Part shown: positions 38,310 to 48,975 of the stretch, piece by piece
Position numbering within the stretch: the stretch's first letter is position 1
How the letters are laid out: each line of letters begins with the position of its first letter
Source of the DNA: an uncultured Mycoplasmatota bacterium
Lineage (GTDB): Bacteria; Bacillota_I; Bacilli_A; RF39; UBA660
Assembly: GCA_900545005.1 (NCBI GenBank)
Contig: UQXO01000001.1
Coordinates: forward strand, 25,602-89,601
Reading direction: 5' to 3'
Length of the DNA stretch: 64,000 nt
The notes under the pieces: model-generated
Seen by the model: the letters and a program-made list of their open reading frames with translations, nothing else
What the model was told of the DNA's origin: nothing
Database searches by the model: none
Translations under genes and position numbers: made by a program

Positions 38310-39176
38310 CTAGGCGGTTTTAGAACCTGTAGTATTCTTAGGATTATTAACTTTCTTAGAGTTAGATAATTTCTTTTTATTTTGATTAGAGCGGTGATAA
38401 TTATTATTCTTAGATGTGGTCTTATTATTTTTATAATTGTTATGATTCTTAGAGGTATTTGTTTTTAATTTACTTGAAGAGTTAGAAACGGATGATAAAG
38501 TTTTTTTCGTTTCCTGGAATACTTCTTTGGTACTAGACATTTCGGCTAAGACTTTATTAGTAGCTTCTTCTAAGACTTCGCTAGTATTCTTTTTATTAGC
38601 ATTATCAATTTCTAATTGTTTTTTTAAGATTAAATCATCGGTATCAGGTTGAAAAGCTAAATGAATTAGATAAGCACTGGTAGTTATAGAAACTATAATA
38701 ATAGCAAAACCTGCTAGATAACATTTTATTATTCCTTTAGGACTATCTTTTCTTTCTAAATAATCTAGAACTTCATTATAGTTTTTTCGAAGATTATTCT
38801 TCTCAGTTAAGCTTGAATATTTAAGTTTTTCTAATTCTTCTAAACCACTATTGATAGTATCTATTTTTTTCTCTAATTCTAAATATTTAGTAGAGTTATT
38901 AGAAGTCTTAGGAAGTTCAGATAGTTCTTTTTGAAGAGTTTGTTTTTCTATTTTTAAACTTTCTATTTTAGTAACATAGTTATCATATTCAGTATCATTA
39001 GAAGTCATTTTTCTTTCGAGTGCTATTTTATCGTTATATGTATATTTATTTACATCGGTGAGATATTTGTTCAAATTGAACATTATAGCTCCTATACCTA
39101 GGACTATGCCAATAATAACAGTAGTTATTCCCGCTACTAAATAGGACTTATTATAAGGATTATTCGTATTTTGCAT
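38310..39176 (-). CDS. membrane-anchored coiled-coil protein with Asn/Lys-rich low-complexity C-tail
   Basis: two TM segments flanking coiled coil; tail NNYKNNKTTSKNNNYHRSNQNKKK. Confidence 0.35.
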   Translation of the reverse strand: MQNTNNPYNKSYLVAGITTVIIGIVLGIGAIMFNLNKYLTDVNKYTYNDKIALERKMTSNDTEYDNYVTKIESLKIEKQTLQKELSELPKTSNNSTKYLELEKKIDTINSGLEELEKLKYSSLTEKNNLRKNYNEVLDYLERKDSPKGIIKCYLAGFAIIIVSITTSAYLIHLAFQPDTDDLILKKQLEIDNANKKNTSEVLEEATNKVLAEMSSTKEVFQETKKTLSSVSNSSSKLKTNTSKNHNNYKNNKTTSKNNNYHRSNQNKKKLSNSKKVNNPKNTTGSKTA

Positions 39177-39327
39177 ATATAACCTCTTTATATTCTTATA
39201 CTTATATCATAACACAGGAGAGGTGGTAATGCAAAAGATTTTCTAAATAAGAGAAAGAAGGAAAATCAGAGAAATAGTCTTTGTATTTTATTATAAATAT
39301 GATATATATAATATAGGTGGTATTGTA

Positions 39328-40494
39328 ATGAAATTAATGAAATCTTTGATTCTAGGAAGTTTAATAATTACCAGTTTTTGTGGTTGTGGGAAGATAAAAG
39401 CGACAGTTGAGGTTAAAAATGATTTAGAATATCCAGTGTATTCAAAAGTTAATTTAAAGGAATTAATAAGTGTTAATGATGGTTTTATTAGCGAGGATAA
39501 AGAAGTTCTATTAGATAAAGTAGGGGAGAATAAGATTACTGTTGATTATCAAGATTATAAGAAACATAAAGGAAGTGTTGAAGTAAGTGTTAATGCTTAT
39601 GATAAAGAGACTCCTTTTCTTAGTATGAGTAGTAATGTCTATAAAATAGTAAATAGTGATTTTGATTTATGTAGTAGTGCTTTTTATGCAGATAATTATG
39701 ATAGAGACCTAGAATGTTTTATTAATGGAGATTATGATAAGAATAAGATAGGTAATTATACGTTAGAATTAGTAGTTAAAGATCAAAGTGGCAATGAAAA
39801 TCGACAGAATTTTACTTTACATATGATTGAGAAGTTTAATAGTAATAATAATACAACAATGCCAGAAGGATATGATTTTAAAGAAGCAATTACTAATTAT
39901 AAGAATGATAAGACAATGTTAGGAATAGACGTATCTAGTTTTCAAGGAGAAATTGATTGGGAAAAAGTTAAAGATGCGGGAGTAGAATTTGCTATTATAA
40001 GACTGGGATTTGGTTATACAGTTAATATGGAATTAGTATTGGATAAATATTTTCAAGAGAATTTAAAAGGTGCTAAAGATAATGGTATTCAAGTAGGTGT
40101 TTATTTTTATAGCTATGCTAATGAGATAGAAGAGGTTAAAAGCCAAGCTCAGTTTATTGTGGATAATCTTAGGAAAGAAAAATTAGACTTAGGAGTTACT
40201 TTTGACTGGGAGAATTGGAATAATTTTAAGGATTATCATGTTAATCTTTATGATTTAGATAATATGTATAATAGTTTTAAAAAAGTTTTAGAAGATAATG
40301 GTTATAAGGCTATGTTATATGGGAGTAAGTTTTACTTAAACAATATTTGGAAGACAGAAGATAAGGATATTTGGCTTGCACATTATACTAGTAAGACTAA
40401 TTATAACAAAGATTATGTTATGTGGCAGTTTAGTGATAAAGGGGTAGTTGAGGGAATAAATAGCTTTGTTGATTTAGATGTGTTATATAAATAA
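39328..40494 (+). CDS. lipoprotein with C-terminal GH25 muramidase domain
   Basis: lipobox ITSFCGC; GIDVSSFQGEIDWEKV...FAIIRLGFGY...GIQVGVYFYSYA GH25 signature. Confidence 0.75.
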   Translation: MKLMKSLILGSLIITSFCGCGKIKATVEVKNDLEYPVYSKVNLKELISVNDGFISEDKEVLLDKVGENKITVDYQDYKKHKGSVEVSVNAYDKETPFLSMSSNVYKIVNSDFDLCSSAFYADNYDRDLECFINGDYDKNKIGNYTLELVVKDQSGNENRQNFTLHMIEKFNSNNNTTMPEGYDFKEAITNYKNDKTMLGIDVSSFQGEIDWEKVKDAGVEFAIIRLGFGYTVNMELVLDKYFQENLKGAKDNGIQVGVYFYSYANEIEEVKSQAQFIVDNLRKEKLDLGVTFDWENWNNFKDYHVNLYDLDNMYNSFKKVLEDNGYKAMLYGSKFYLNNIWKTEDKDIWLAHYTSKTNYNKDYVMWQFSDKGVVEGINSFVDLDVLYK

Positions 40495-40660
40495 TTGTTA
40501 TAGTTTGACAGTTTTTAAAAGTTAAAGTCTTTCAATCCTAGTAATTATAAAGGATTGATGGACTTTTTATACGTTTAAAATCGACGTACCATAAAATTTT
40601 TAATTATTTTTTAGGCGATAAGAAAAGGAGCTCAATTTTATACCAGAGTTCCTTTATTTA

Positions 40661-41776
40661 TTATTTTTTTAGAGTTATTTTTAATTCTTTTTCAAAACCA
40701 TTACGGTTTACTTTAATTGTTACAGTATCACCAACGTTATGACGATATAGTTCATATTTTAATTCGGCTGAACTTTTTACTTTAACATTATCAAATTCTA
40801 AGATAATATCTTGAGATTTTAAACCAGCAGCATCTGCAGAAGAACCACTTTCTACTTCATAGACAACTACACCATTTGATACATTATCAGGAATATTCAT
40901 ACGATAATAATTTTCAGCTACAGTTAGTTCAATCATACTAATACCAAGTCTTGGGCGAGTAATATCATCACCATTAATAATCTTATTAGCAAAATCCATA
41001 GCATCTTCGATAGGAATAGCAAAACCCATTCCTTCAACACCACTTGATACTAATTTCATATTGGTTACACCTATTACTTGACCATTGCTATTGCATAAAG
41101 GTCCACCTGAGTTACCACTGTTAATAGCGGCATCTGTTTGTAAAACACGCATAATGTAATCACTAGAAGTACTATTAGTAGTGGAAACCGCAACCATTCT
41201 ATCTTTGCCTGATAATATACCTCTTGTTACAGTCCAAGAATAAGTAGAGCTATCTAATGGAGCTCCAACAGCAAAGGTAGTATCACCAACCCGGCCATCA
41301 GTACTTGAACCTATTTCGGCTACAGTTAAATCGCTTGAAGAAGTAAATGATAAAACAGCAATATCGGCATATTTATCTCCACCAACCACTTCAACTTCTG
41401 TATTAGTATTATCGGTTAAAACTATTTTTACTTTTGATGAGCTTTCAATAACATGATAATTAGTCATCACATAATATTTATTGCCATCTTTCTTAAAGAT
41501 AAAACCCGTACCTGTAGCCTGTAGTTTATTGCTACGATAGTTTTCTACTACAACAACAGAATTATATACTTTTTCAACGGCATCAGCGATTCCGTTTTCA
41601 TTAACTGTTACTTCTTTTTCTAATTTATTGACCACTGTGGTACCAGGATTTAACTTAATAATTCCATACATTCCGGCAGCACCAACACATACTAGAACAA
41701 GAGCAAGTAATATTTTATTCCAGATATTATTTTTTTCACCAACAACTTTAGCATTAACAACTCTTTTTTCGTTCAT
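40661..41776 (-). CDS. htrA: membrane-anchored HtrA/DegP-family serine protease with PDZ domain
   Basis: catalytic His (TNYHVI), Asp (DIAVL), Ser (GNSGGPL); C-terminal PDZ. Confidence 0.9.
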   Translation of the reverse strand: MNEKRVVNAKVVGEKNNIWNKILLALVLVCVGAAGMYGIIKLNPGTTVVNKLEKEVTVNENGIADAVEKVYNSVVVVENYRSNKLQATGTGFIFKKDGNKYYVMTNYHVIESSSKVKIVLTDNTNTEVEVVGGDKYADIAVLSFTSSSDLTVAEIGSSTDGRVGDTTFAVGAPLDSSTYSWTVTRGILSGKDRMVAVSTTNSTSSDYIMRVLQTDAAINSGNSGGPLCNSNGQVIGVTNMKLVSSGVEGMGFAIPIEDAMDFANKIINGDDITRPRLGISMIELTVAENYYRMNIPDNVSNGVVVYEVESGSSADAAGLKSQDIILEFDNVKVKSSAELKYELYRHNVGDTVTIKVNRNGFEKELKITLKK

Positions 41777-42717
41777 TATATATCCATCCTTACTATTTCT
41801 TTATAATTTTTGGGAAAACCTATAGCATCCATTACTTTAGCTATTTTAATATGTTGTAATTTTCCCTCTAAAATATCTAGTTCATATGATATTTCATTTA
41901 CTAATAATCTAAAATCTTCATTTCTTAGTATTTGTCTTAAGATTATAATTAATGCAAATAAATCATCTTTTCCATAGATATATTCACCATTCATCTTAGG
42001 AATATCTAAATAATAATGATACTTATTATCTTCAATAACTCTTTGAGATCGATGATTAAATAAAATATCTTCATGAGCACAGAGATTACGATAATTAGAC
42101 ATTATAGGAAAGTATTGACATAAATCTTCGGGAGATAAATTATATATTGAAGCAATATCCCTTTGGTCTTCTGGTTTTAATATACTAAATAATTCAGAAA
42201 TAATACCAAAAGATAAGACTTTTACTACTATCCATAAAGGAACATACCCATAGTTAGACATATAATGCTGAGTAGCGGCATGTTGTCCTCCATTGACTCT
42301 AATCTGTCGCTGCATTTTCTTTAATAAATCATTAACCTGTTTTCTCTTAGTAGGATCAGTATTAAAGTTCTTGGGATTAAGATAGTGTTTTTCTTTAATA
42401 CCATATTTTCTAGATAATTGATAAGACATAATACTTTTAGCATTATTTTCTACTATTAAGATATTTTTAAAAATAATATTACGAATTTGTCTATCAAAGT
42501 TAAACATAGCATAAAGTTCTCGAAAGTTAGTACCATTAATAAAGGTTCTGTCTCTTTCACTTCGTATAAACAAATGACGATATCCCATTAGAAAGAAATA
42601 ATTTTCACGGAGAAGGACATCTTTGGCATAATCTATATCATCGATGATTAAGCCCTTTTCTTTTAAGATATCAATTTGTTCGTCTATAGTTTTAAATGTC
42701 TTTTGTCTGGACGCCAT
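41776..42717 (-). CDS. Abi_2 (AbiD/AbiF-like) abortive-infection family protein
   Basis: FKTIDEQIDILKEKGLIIDD...ENYFFLMGY N-terminus, LWIVVKVLSFG, YRNLCAHEDILFN; start set to ATG 42717 after AGGTGA RBS; stop overlaps htrA ATG. Confidence 0.65.
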   Translation of the reverse strand: MASRQKTFKTIDEQIDILKEKGLIIDDIDYAKDVLLRENYFFLMGYRHLFIRSERDRTFINGTNFRELYAMFNFDRQIRNIIFKNILIVENNAKSIMSYQLSRKYGIKEKHYLNPKNFNTDPTKRKQVNDLLKKMQRQIRVNGGQHAATQHYMSNYGYVPLWIVVKVLSFGIISELFSILKPEDQRDIASIYNLSPEDLCQYFPIMSNYRNLCAHEDILFNHRSQRVIEDNKYHYYLDIPKMNGEYIYGKDDLFALIIILRQILRNEDFRLLVNEISYELDILEGKLQHIKIAKVMDAIGFPKNYKEIVRMDI

Positions 42718-42804
42718 ACAATTCACCTATTATTAAATTATATCACACCTGACAGTCAAATGATATCTAAATTAAGTGGTATTTTTGTAATTGATTTGTG
42801 AAGT

Positions 42805-43434
42805 TTAGGTGAAATAGTTAACTAATCCTTGAGTTAAACTTTTAGCTATTTCTTTTTGATAAGCAGGGGTAATTAATTTTTGTCTTTCTTTTTTATTGGA
42901 GATAAAGCCACATTCAACAAGAACACCGGGTATTTTTAGACGGCGATACATATAAATATTAGGCATTGGTTTAATACTTCGGGGATAACTTATGGTATTA
43001 AATTCAGACTGTAAAAACTCAGCTAATTTTTTGTTTTCTTCACCGTAATAAAAGATTTGACCGCCATAATAACTAGTATCTTCTAAGTAATTAATATGAA
43101 TAGAAAGATAGACATTAGCTTTTGATTTATTTATTAAGTCTATACGGTTATCAAAGTCACTTTTTTTACGTCTAGGAGCATTCGGACTAGCTAGGTCATA
43201 GTCACCTTCACGAGTTAGGATAACACTAGCACCGTTACGTGATAATTCTTTTTCTAGTTCTAAGCCGATGGCGAGATTTAAATCTTTTTCTAAGATATTC
43301 TGATAACTAGTTCCTGGGTCATCACCGCCATGACCAATATCTAAAATAATGGTCTTTCCGGTTAGAGGGAGGGAGGCTCTAACGCAGGTTAAAGATAATA
43401 AAAAACATAAACTTAATATAAATAACTTTTTCAT
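42805..43434 (-). CDS. secreted N-acetylmuramoyl-L-alanine amidase (Amidase_3, CwlD-like)
   Basis: signal peptide; ILDIGHGGDDPG...LSIHINY...GVLVECGFISN. Confidence 0.8.
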   Translation of the reverse strand: MKKLFILSLCFLLSLTCVRASLPLTGKTIILDIGHGGDDPGTSYQNILEKDLNLAIGLELEKELSRNGASVILTREGDYDLASPNAPRRKKSDFDNRIDLINKSKANVYLSIHINYLEDTSYYGGQIFYYGEENKKLAEFLQSEFNTISYPRSIKPMPNIYMYRRLKIPGVLVECGFISNKKERQKLITPAYQKEIAKSLTQGLVNYFT

Positions 43435-43516
43435 ATTAAAATTTATGTTTAATTTATTTTAGTTAGAATTCTATTTTATAACTTTTGCCGTTATAAATTT
43501 GTTTACTTATTATATA

Positions 43517-44017
43517 TCAGTTATTTTTTACTAACTTACGTTTTTTTTCTTTGATTTCATTTTTAGCAAGATTTAAACCAAATAAGCTGCAAATTCTGTT
43601 AATGTAATCAGCATTATATAACTTAACTAGTTCTTCATAAGTAATTTCTTTTCTTAAATTTAGTGGATATCCAAAGGATTTCGCATAAACTTCTGAGGGT
43701 ATTAAGAATGATATACCGGTTAGTAATTCCTTATATTCAAAGTATCCATTTGGTTGTACGTCAGTAACTAAAAAGTAATATGGCACATTGTAAAAATTTC
43801 TTTCACTTGGTGAAATATCATTATTTTCTTGAGTCCTATAATTCATATATTCTAAATCAGAGACCTTTTGCATTAATATTGGATATCTAATTTTATATAA
43901 ATATTCTAAACTTTGAAAATTTTCAGGATGAGCGAAGGCAGTAGAATCTTTTTTTATCCCATAATACCTTGCATTAAATAAATCATCAACCATTATTTTA
44001 TAATATTTATTTTCCAT
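43517..44017 (-). CDS. hypothetical protein
   Basis: 166 aa, aromatic-rich, no recognisable motif. Confidence 0.3.
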   Translation of the reverse strand: MENKYYKIMVDDLFNARYYGIKKDSTAFAHPENFQSLEYLYKIRYPILMQKVSDLEYMNYRTQENNDISPSERNFYNVPYYFLVTDVQPNGYFEYKELLTGISFLIPSEVYAKSFGYPLNLRKEITYEELVKLYNADYINRICSLFGLNLAKNEIKEKKRKLVKNN

Positions 44018-44085
44018 ACTTAGTCACTTCTTTTTGGTTTCTTTATTATAACAATAGTTTCTGGTTCAGTCAATTATGTAATCTG

Positions 44086-44751
44086 TTATTTACACATACT
44101 TTCTTTTAAAGTTAGACCATAATCGCCAATATAAATATCTTTTACTCCTTTTAGAGTATTGCAAGCTACAATAGTGATGTCTTTATCTTTATTCTTGTAG
44201 ATTATAGTACCTCCATCCTTAATTTCTTCTTTTTCAAAGCCACTTGTTATATCTTTTAGACTATTATCAACAGACTGATTGACATTACTTAAGTAATATT
44301 TAAGTGTCATTTTATTTTTATTATCAATGACATACATATCCTCAAGATTTTCTTCTAAATAGATAGTTCTATCTTCAACATCTAAGTATTTATTGAATTC
44401 AATATTACCACAAGTTACATCAAAAGATTTTTCTATATCTACATCTAACTCATAAGTGTAGTTCTTCTTACCTTGTTCAAATTTAACATATTTGGAATCA
44501 ACATTGGCTTTAGATAAAAATGCGTCTTGTTTTTCTTTACTATTATTGATTAATTCTACTACTATGACATTATTTTTCTCATCTAGGTAGTAAAGACTTA
44601 GATTGGATCTATCTACTTTCTCATTGCCAAAATAATTTCCAACTACTTTATAGGTATCTTCTAAAGTCGTAGGTCTAGTAGTATTTCCACACCCAGAAGT
44701 AATGAGTACTAAAGATAAACATAACATTATTATTAGTAATTTATTTTTCAT
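44086..44751 (-). CDS. hypothetical lipoprotein
   Basis: lipobox LITSGCG after signal peptide. Confidence 0.45.
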   Translation of the reverse strand: MKNKLLIIMLCLSLVLITSGCGNTTRPTTLEDTYKVVGNYFGNEKVDRSNLSLYYLDEKNNVIVVELINNSKEKQDAFLSKANVDSKYVKFEQGKKNYTYELDVDIEKSFDVTCGNIEFNKYLDVEDRTIYLEENLEDMYVIDNKNKMTLKYYLSNVNQSVDNSLKDITSGFEKEEIKDGGTIIYKNKDKDITIVACNTLKGVKDIYIGDYGLTLKESMCK

Positions 44752-44795
44752 ATATTTCCTCCATATTATTAATTATTTATTAATATTTTTATATT

Positions 44796-45989
44796 TTACT
44801 GATTAATATTAATAATAAAATAATCGTGACTAGTGTAATTCCATCCTATAAGTTTATCCCCATAGACACCATATATAGTATTTATAACGTAATAAGAAGC
44901 CAATCGGTTTAATTTTTGAGTGTTAAGATTTAATAGATAAAATTGAGACATAGAACTTATTACATAAAGATTATCATTAAGTCTAGTTATATTTTTGTAT
45001 TCAGAAATAGGAACTTCGACTTTAGTAGTATCGTTGTAGTATCTGGCACCACCGTCATATGTTTTTTTAGGTAACAAGTAAGTATAAAAATTATAATCTT
45101 TACCTTCATAAAAATCATTTATAACATAATTATCATCTTTAACTTCGTAAGAATATATCTCTTTTAGAGTTTTATTAGCTATATCGTATTTATTTTCTCT
45201 GGCATAATTATTACTATATGTTTCAAAATACAAATTATTATTATATATTTTTAAGGAATCTATACTAACAAATGTCGTTCCTGTTTGATTACCATAATCA
45301 TAAAAGCCAGAAGTAATCTCAGTAATATTATCATCTTTTTCTATCATTTTAACGGAGAATTTAGAGTAATTGCTAGTACTGTCTTTATAGTTATCTACAT
45401 ATACGTAAAACAGATTATTATCGGAGGCTTGAAACTTTGGAGAAAACATTACGTCGTTAACTTGACCTTGGTCTAAAATTTTTCTGGTTTTAAGATTTTT
45501 GTCAGCTTCAATTACTTTGAAATCAACTTTCTCTTTCTTATAATCATAGTTGATAGCAGTATAGTAAATTTTATTATTAAAAAGGGAAACGCTCCAAATA
45601 CGGTCATCGCCAGTGTATTTTATTTCTTCAACAGTATCTTTATCTAGGTCGTAAATAAGTAAATACTTAGTTATAAAGGTTATGTCGTTGGTAATACAAT
45701 CATTTAATTCGAGAATGAATTTATTTTTCTCAACTTTTAAGGCGGTAATATCGTCAGCCTCTTTATGTTTACTAACATAATTACTTAATTTATCAATCTT
45801 AGAAACCGAAAAGTAAACTTTTTCTGGAGATAAAGGTAGTGTTTTATCAGAAGTTTTCTCTATTTCATTGTTATTATCACTTGGGGTTTCTAGATTTTTA
45901 GGTACTTTCTTCCAAAGTATGATTACTCCTGATACAAGGATAATTGTAATTAGTATTGTACCAATTATAATTTTAGTTCTTTTTTTCAT
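44796..45989 (-). CDS. membrane-anchored hypothetical protein, probable beta-propeller-like extracellular domain
   Basis: N-terminal TM; repeated Y/N/D-rich beta-strand-like segments. Confidence 0.35.
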   Translation of the reverse strand: MKKRTKIIIGTILITIILVSGVIILWKKVPKNLETPSDNNNEIEKTSDKTLPLSPEKVYFSVSKIDKLSNYVSKHKEADDITALKVEKNKFILELNDCITNDITFITKYLLIYDLDKDTVEEIKYTGDDRIWSVSLFNNKIYYTAINYDYKKEKVDFKVIEADKNLKTRKILDQGQVNDVMFSPKFQASDNNLFYVYVDNYKDSTSNYSKFSVKMIEKDDNITEITSGFYDYGNQTGTTFVSIDSLKIYNNNLYFETYSNNYARENKYDIANKTLKEIYSYEVKDDNYVINDFYEGKDYNFYTYLLPKKTYDGGARYYNDTTKVEVPISEYKNITRLNDNLYVISSMSQFYLLNLNTQKLNRLASYYVINTIYGVYGDKLIGWNYTSHDYFIININQ

Positions 45990-46069
45990 TAATAAATTCC
46001 TTTCTTATAATATAAGAATACTATATTTTAGATTTTAAGAAAAGAAAGTCTAACTTGCGGAGGCTTAAT

Positions 46070-47122
46070 TTAATTATTTTTTATCTTATTTATGAAATCT
46101 AAAATATCTTTAAAATATTTATTAAATGTTTGATTATCTAACTTTTTAATCTCAGTTTCATTGAAACTATGTAACTTCTTAATATCGTCATATTCCATAT
46201 AATCTAGAAAATTATTTGTATCTAAATTATAATGCCAGACTTTAAAAATATTATCTTTTTCATAAGTGATACTGATTATTTCATTATTACAATTATATTT
46301 AATAATGTAAGTATTACCTTTAATTTTTTCATCTTTAGAATAAATTTCTGTTTCATCATTATAATTAAAATTTTTCTTAATATAAGCTGGTATCTCTGAA
46401 CAAAAATGTTTAAGTTCATCCTTTGAAGTATCAGCTACGTTTTTAGAATTATCAAATACTAAGTTATCATTTACAAAGTATTCACTTATACTTAATTTGA
46501 TTTTTGTAGAATTAATTTCAATAAATAAATTATTTATGAAGTTATGGAAATTATTATCTAGGATATATTCTCCATAGCCTAATTTTTCTTTAAATGTAAG
46601 AACATTAGAATCATCTGTACATAGGATTTTGTCATCACCATAATATAAGCATACTTCTTTTAGATTTTCTTTATTAATCATCAAATTAAAATAAATTGTT
46701 TTATTAATCTTTAAGATATCACCATTTATTTTATAAGAACTATCTTCTGTTCCTATTGTATATATTCTCGTTTTCTTATATGAATTTAAAAAATAGTAAA
46801 CGAAAAATATAAATATAAAAGCAATTACTATCATTAATATAGTTATCAAAGATTTTTTCTTCTGAGTATGTATTTTATCAATAAATATTTCATTGGATTT
46901 AGAATTGCTTTTTAACTTCCCACAAGCATATATTTCTTCGATAGTTACATCATAAAGATTAGCTAAATCATATATTTTTTCGATGTCTGGGATAAAGCGA
47001 CCATTTTCCCACGATGAAATGGCCTGTCTTGTTATATGTAATTTATTAGCCAGTTCTTCTTGGGTGTAGTTATGTTTTATTCTTAAATCCTTTAGATATT
47101 TTCCTATATTTTCAGCATTCAT
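46070..47122 (-). CDS. membrane-anchored XRE-family HTH regulator with extracytoplasmic domain
   Basis: N-terminal HTH YTQEELANKLHITRQAISSWENG, single TM around aa 90-110, about 240-aa C-terminal domain. Confidence 0.6.
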   Translation of the reverse strand: MNAENIGKYLKDLRIKHNYTQEELANKLHITRQAISSWENGRFIPDIEKIYDLANLYDVTIEEIYACGKLKSNSKSNEIFIDKIHTQKKKSLITILMIVIAFIFIFFVYYFLNSYKKTRIYTIGTEDSSYKINGDILKINKTIYFNLMINKENLKEVCLYYGDDKILCTDDSNVLTFKEKLGYGEYILDNNFHNFINNLFIEINSTKIKLSISEYFVNDNLVFDNSKNVADTSKDELKHFCSEIPAYIKKNFNYNDETEIYSKDEKIKGNTYIIKYNCNNEIISITYEKDNIFKVWHYNLDTNNFLDYMEYDDIKKLHSFNETEIKKLDNQTFNKYFKDILDFINKIKNN

Positions 47123-47233
47123 TATATATTTTCTCCCTATTAAATCAATTTATTTACAATAAAAACTCTTTTGATAAGTATATTATACTACTAAAGTTAT
47201 TTTAAAAAAGAATTATTCTAAAGATACTTTAAG

Positions 47234-47264
47234 TGTTGCCTATTTGTTGCCTACCTGTTGCCTA
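47234..47264. promoter_or_regulatory. three direct repeats of TGTTGCCTA at 11-bp phase upstream of XRE-TM gene
   Basis: tgttgcctaTTtgttgcctaCCtgttgcctaCG; about 110 bp upstream of start codon 47122. Confidence 0.4.
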
Positions 47265-47291
47265 CGTATCATTTTAAATGGTCTTAAGAAA

Positions 47292-47325
47292 GCAAAAAAC
47301 CCCATAAACACTTAAGTTTATGAGG
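47292..47325 (-). terminator. rho-independent terminator of rplM-rpsI operon
   Basis: minus strand CCTCATAAAC-TTAAGT-GTTTATGGGG then TTTTTTGC. Confidence 0.6.
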
Positions 47326-47343
47326 AATGAAACTTTTAATATA

Positions 47344-47763
47344 TTATCTCTTAGAGAATTGTGGAGCACGACGGGCTTTTTTAAGTCCGTATTTCTTACG
47401 TTCTTTAACTCTTGGGTCTCTAGTAACAAAACCTGCTTTTTTAAGAATCTTACGATAAGAATCTTCTCTTGTTTGATCAGCATTAGCATCAAATTCAATT
47501 AATGCTCTTGTAATAGCATGACGAATAGCGCCAGCTTGTCCTGAGAAGCCACCACCCTTAACAGTTACTTCGATATCGAATTTTTCTTCGTTACCAGTAG
47601 CAACAAGTGGTTGTTTAATATCCATAACTAAAGTTGCATAAGGCATATATTCATCAACAAGTACACCATTAACAACGATTTTACCTTTTCCTAATGTTAA
47701 TCTTGCTTGAGCACTTGATCTTTTTCTACGACCAGTACCAGTCCATACTTTTTTATCTGTCAT
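47344..47763 (-). CDS. rpsI: 30S ribosomal protein S9
   Basis: C-terminal [19 protein letters not shown]...[25 protein letters not shown]. Confidence 0.95.
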   Translation of the reverse strand: MTDKKVWTGTGRRKRSSAQARLTLGKGKIVVNGVLVDEYMPYATLVMDIKQPLVATGNEEKFDIEVTVKGGGFSGQAGAIRHAITRALIEFDANADQTREDSYRKILKKAGFVTRDPRVKERKKYGLKKARRAPQFSKR

Positions 47764-47774
47764 ATATTATCCTC

Positions 47775-48206
47775 CTACTTAACTTCTAATACTTCTGGTT
47801 TTTGAGCAGTTTGTTCATATTCAGAACCAGCATAAACAAATAATTTTCTATACATTTGTCTTCCTAAAGGTCCTTTTGGTAACATACCTTTAATAGCTCT
47901 TTCAACCATTTCTTCTGGATATTTAGTAATCATTTCTTTAGCAGTTCTTTCTCTTAAGCCACCAGCATATCTACTATGATTGTAATACATCTTATCGTTT
48001 AATTTATTACCTGTTAAAACAACTTTACTAGCATTAATAACGATAACATAATCACCACAATCAACATGAGGTGTGTATGTTGGTTTATGTTTTCCCTTAA
48101 GTACAGTAGCAACCTTAGTTGCAAGACGTCCTAGTGTTTGTCCTTCTGCATCGATAACATACCATTTACGGTCTACAGTTTCTTTTTTTTGCATGAATGT
48201 ATTCAT
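47775..48206 (-). CDS. rplM: 50S ribosomal protein L13
   Basis: [16 protein letters not shown]...; start corrected to ATG 48206 (MNTFMQ) after AAAGGGAAA RBS; track ORF N-extended. Confidence 0.95.
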   Translation of the reverse strand: MNTFMQKKETVDRKWYVIDAEGQTLGRLATKVATVLKGKHKPTYTPHVDCGDYVIVINASKVVLTGNKLNDKMYYNHSRYAGGLRERTAKEMITKYPEEMVERAIKGMLPKGPLGRQMYRKLFVYAGSEYEQTAQKPEVLEVK

Positions 48207-48355
48207 AATTTTTTCCCTTTCAATTATACTACTAATCATTTCGACTTCCCACATCTAATAATTTTTGTATAAATAAAATGTACCATTTAAAAGTATATAG
48301 TAAGTCCCTCTTAAAGTCAAACAAAACTTACAATATTTTAATAAAAAAAGACCCA

Positions 48356-48895
48356 TTATAGGTCATTGATATCTAATAACTGTTGAAAATCACCTTTTTC
48401 AAACAAATTATCATCTAATCTCGTAATTATATTGCCTTTCTTAATCTCACCATTAGTAACATAAATAATCGTTGGAACTTTAGTTACTTGGACATTGGTA
48501 AGCCCTAAGAGTTCATTAACAGCACTTATTCTAGTACCATCATCTTTTAAAGAGTCAATATTAACATAATAAAACTTATCTTTTAGTTTATATTGTTTAA
48601 TTAAAGACTTTAAATCTTTCTCTAGATCATATATTTCTTTACTACCAGTAGAAGCTATATAGATAAAATAAGTTCCTTTATTATTCTTTAACTCACTTAA
48701 ATCCTCAGAGATATTATAAGACTTAGTGACTAGTTTATGTTTAACTAAGTAAGAAGAGTGAAGCTTATTTATATTTATTCCTTGAACAAAGTTATATATC
48801 AAAAAGGAAATAATGAATAAACCAAGAATACCAACAATAAGAATAGTATATCTCTGATACTTACTTGGTAACTTCTTTTTAGTCATAATAATCAA
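48356..48895 (-). CDS. membrane-anchored hypothetical protein with thioredoxin-like fold features but no CxxC
   Basis: N-terminal TM; C-terminal VPTIIYVTNGEIKKG reminiscent of Trx-fold. Confidence 0.3.
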   Translation of the reverse strand: MIIMTKKKLPSKYQRYTILIVGILGLFIISFLIYNFVQGININKLHSSYLVKHKLVTKSYNISEDLSELKNNKGTYFIYIASTGSKEIYDLEKDLKSLIKQYKLKDKFYYVNIDSLKDDGTRISAVNELLGLTNVQVTKVPTIIYVTNGEIKKGNIITRLDDNLFEKGDFQQLLDINDL

Positions 48896-48975
48896 CTACT
48901 TTCTTATTTAGAGTATAACATAATTTTTTTGATTAGAAAATACATAATTTCTTAAAGAATGGTTATGCTACTAGT

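Noticed and set aside
47274-47502. Two overlapping ORFs (47274..47498 -, 47320..47502 +) at the rpsI 3' end
   Set aside because: Overlap the rpsI coding end and its terminator hairpin; no independent support
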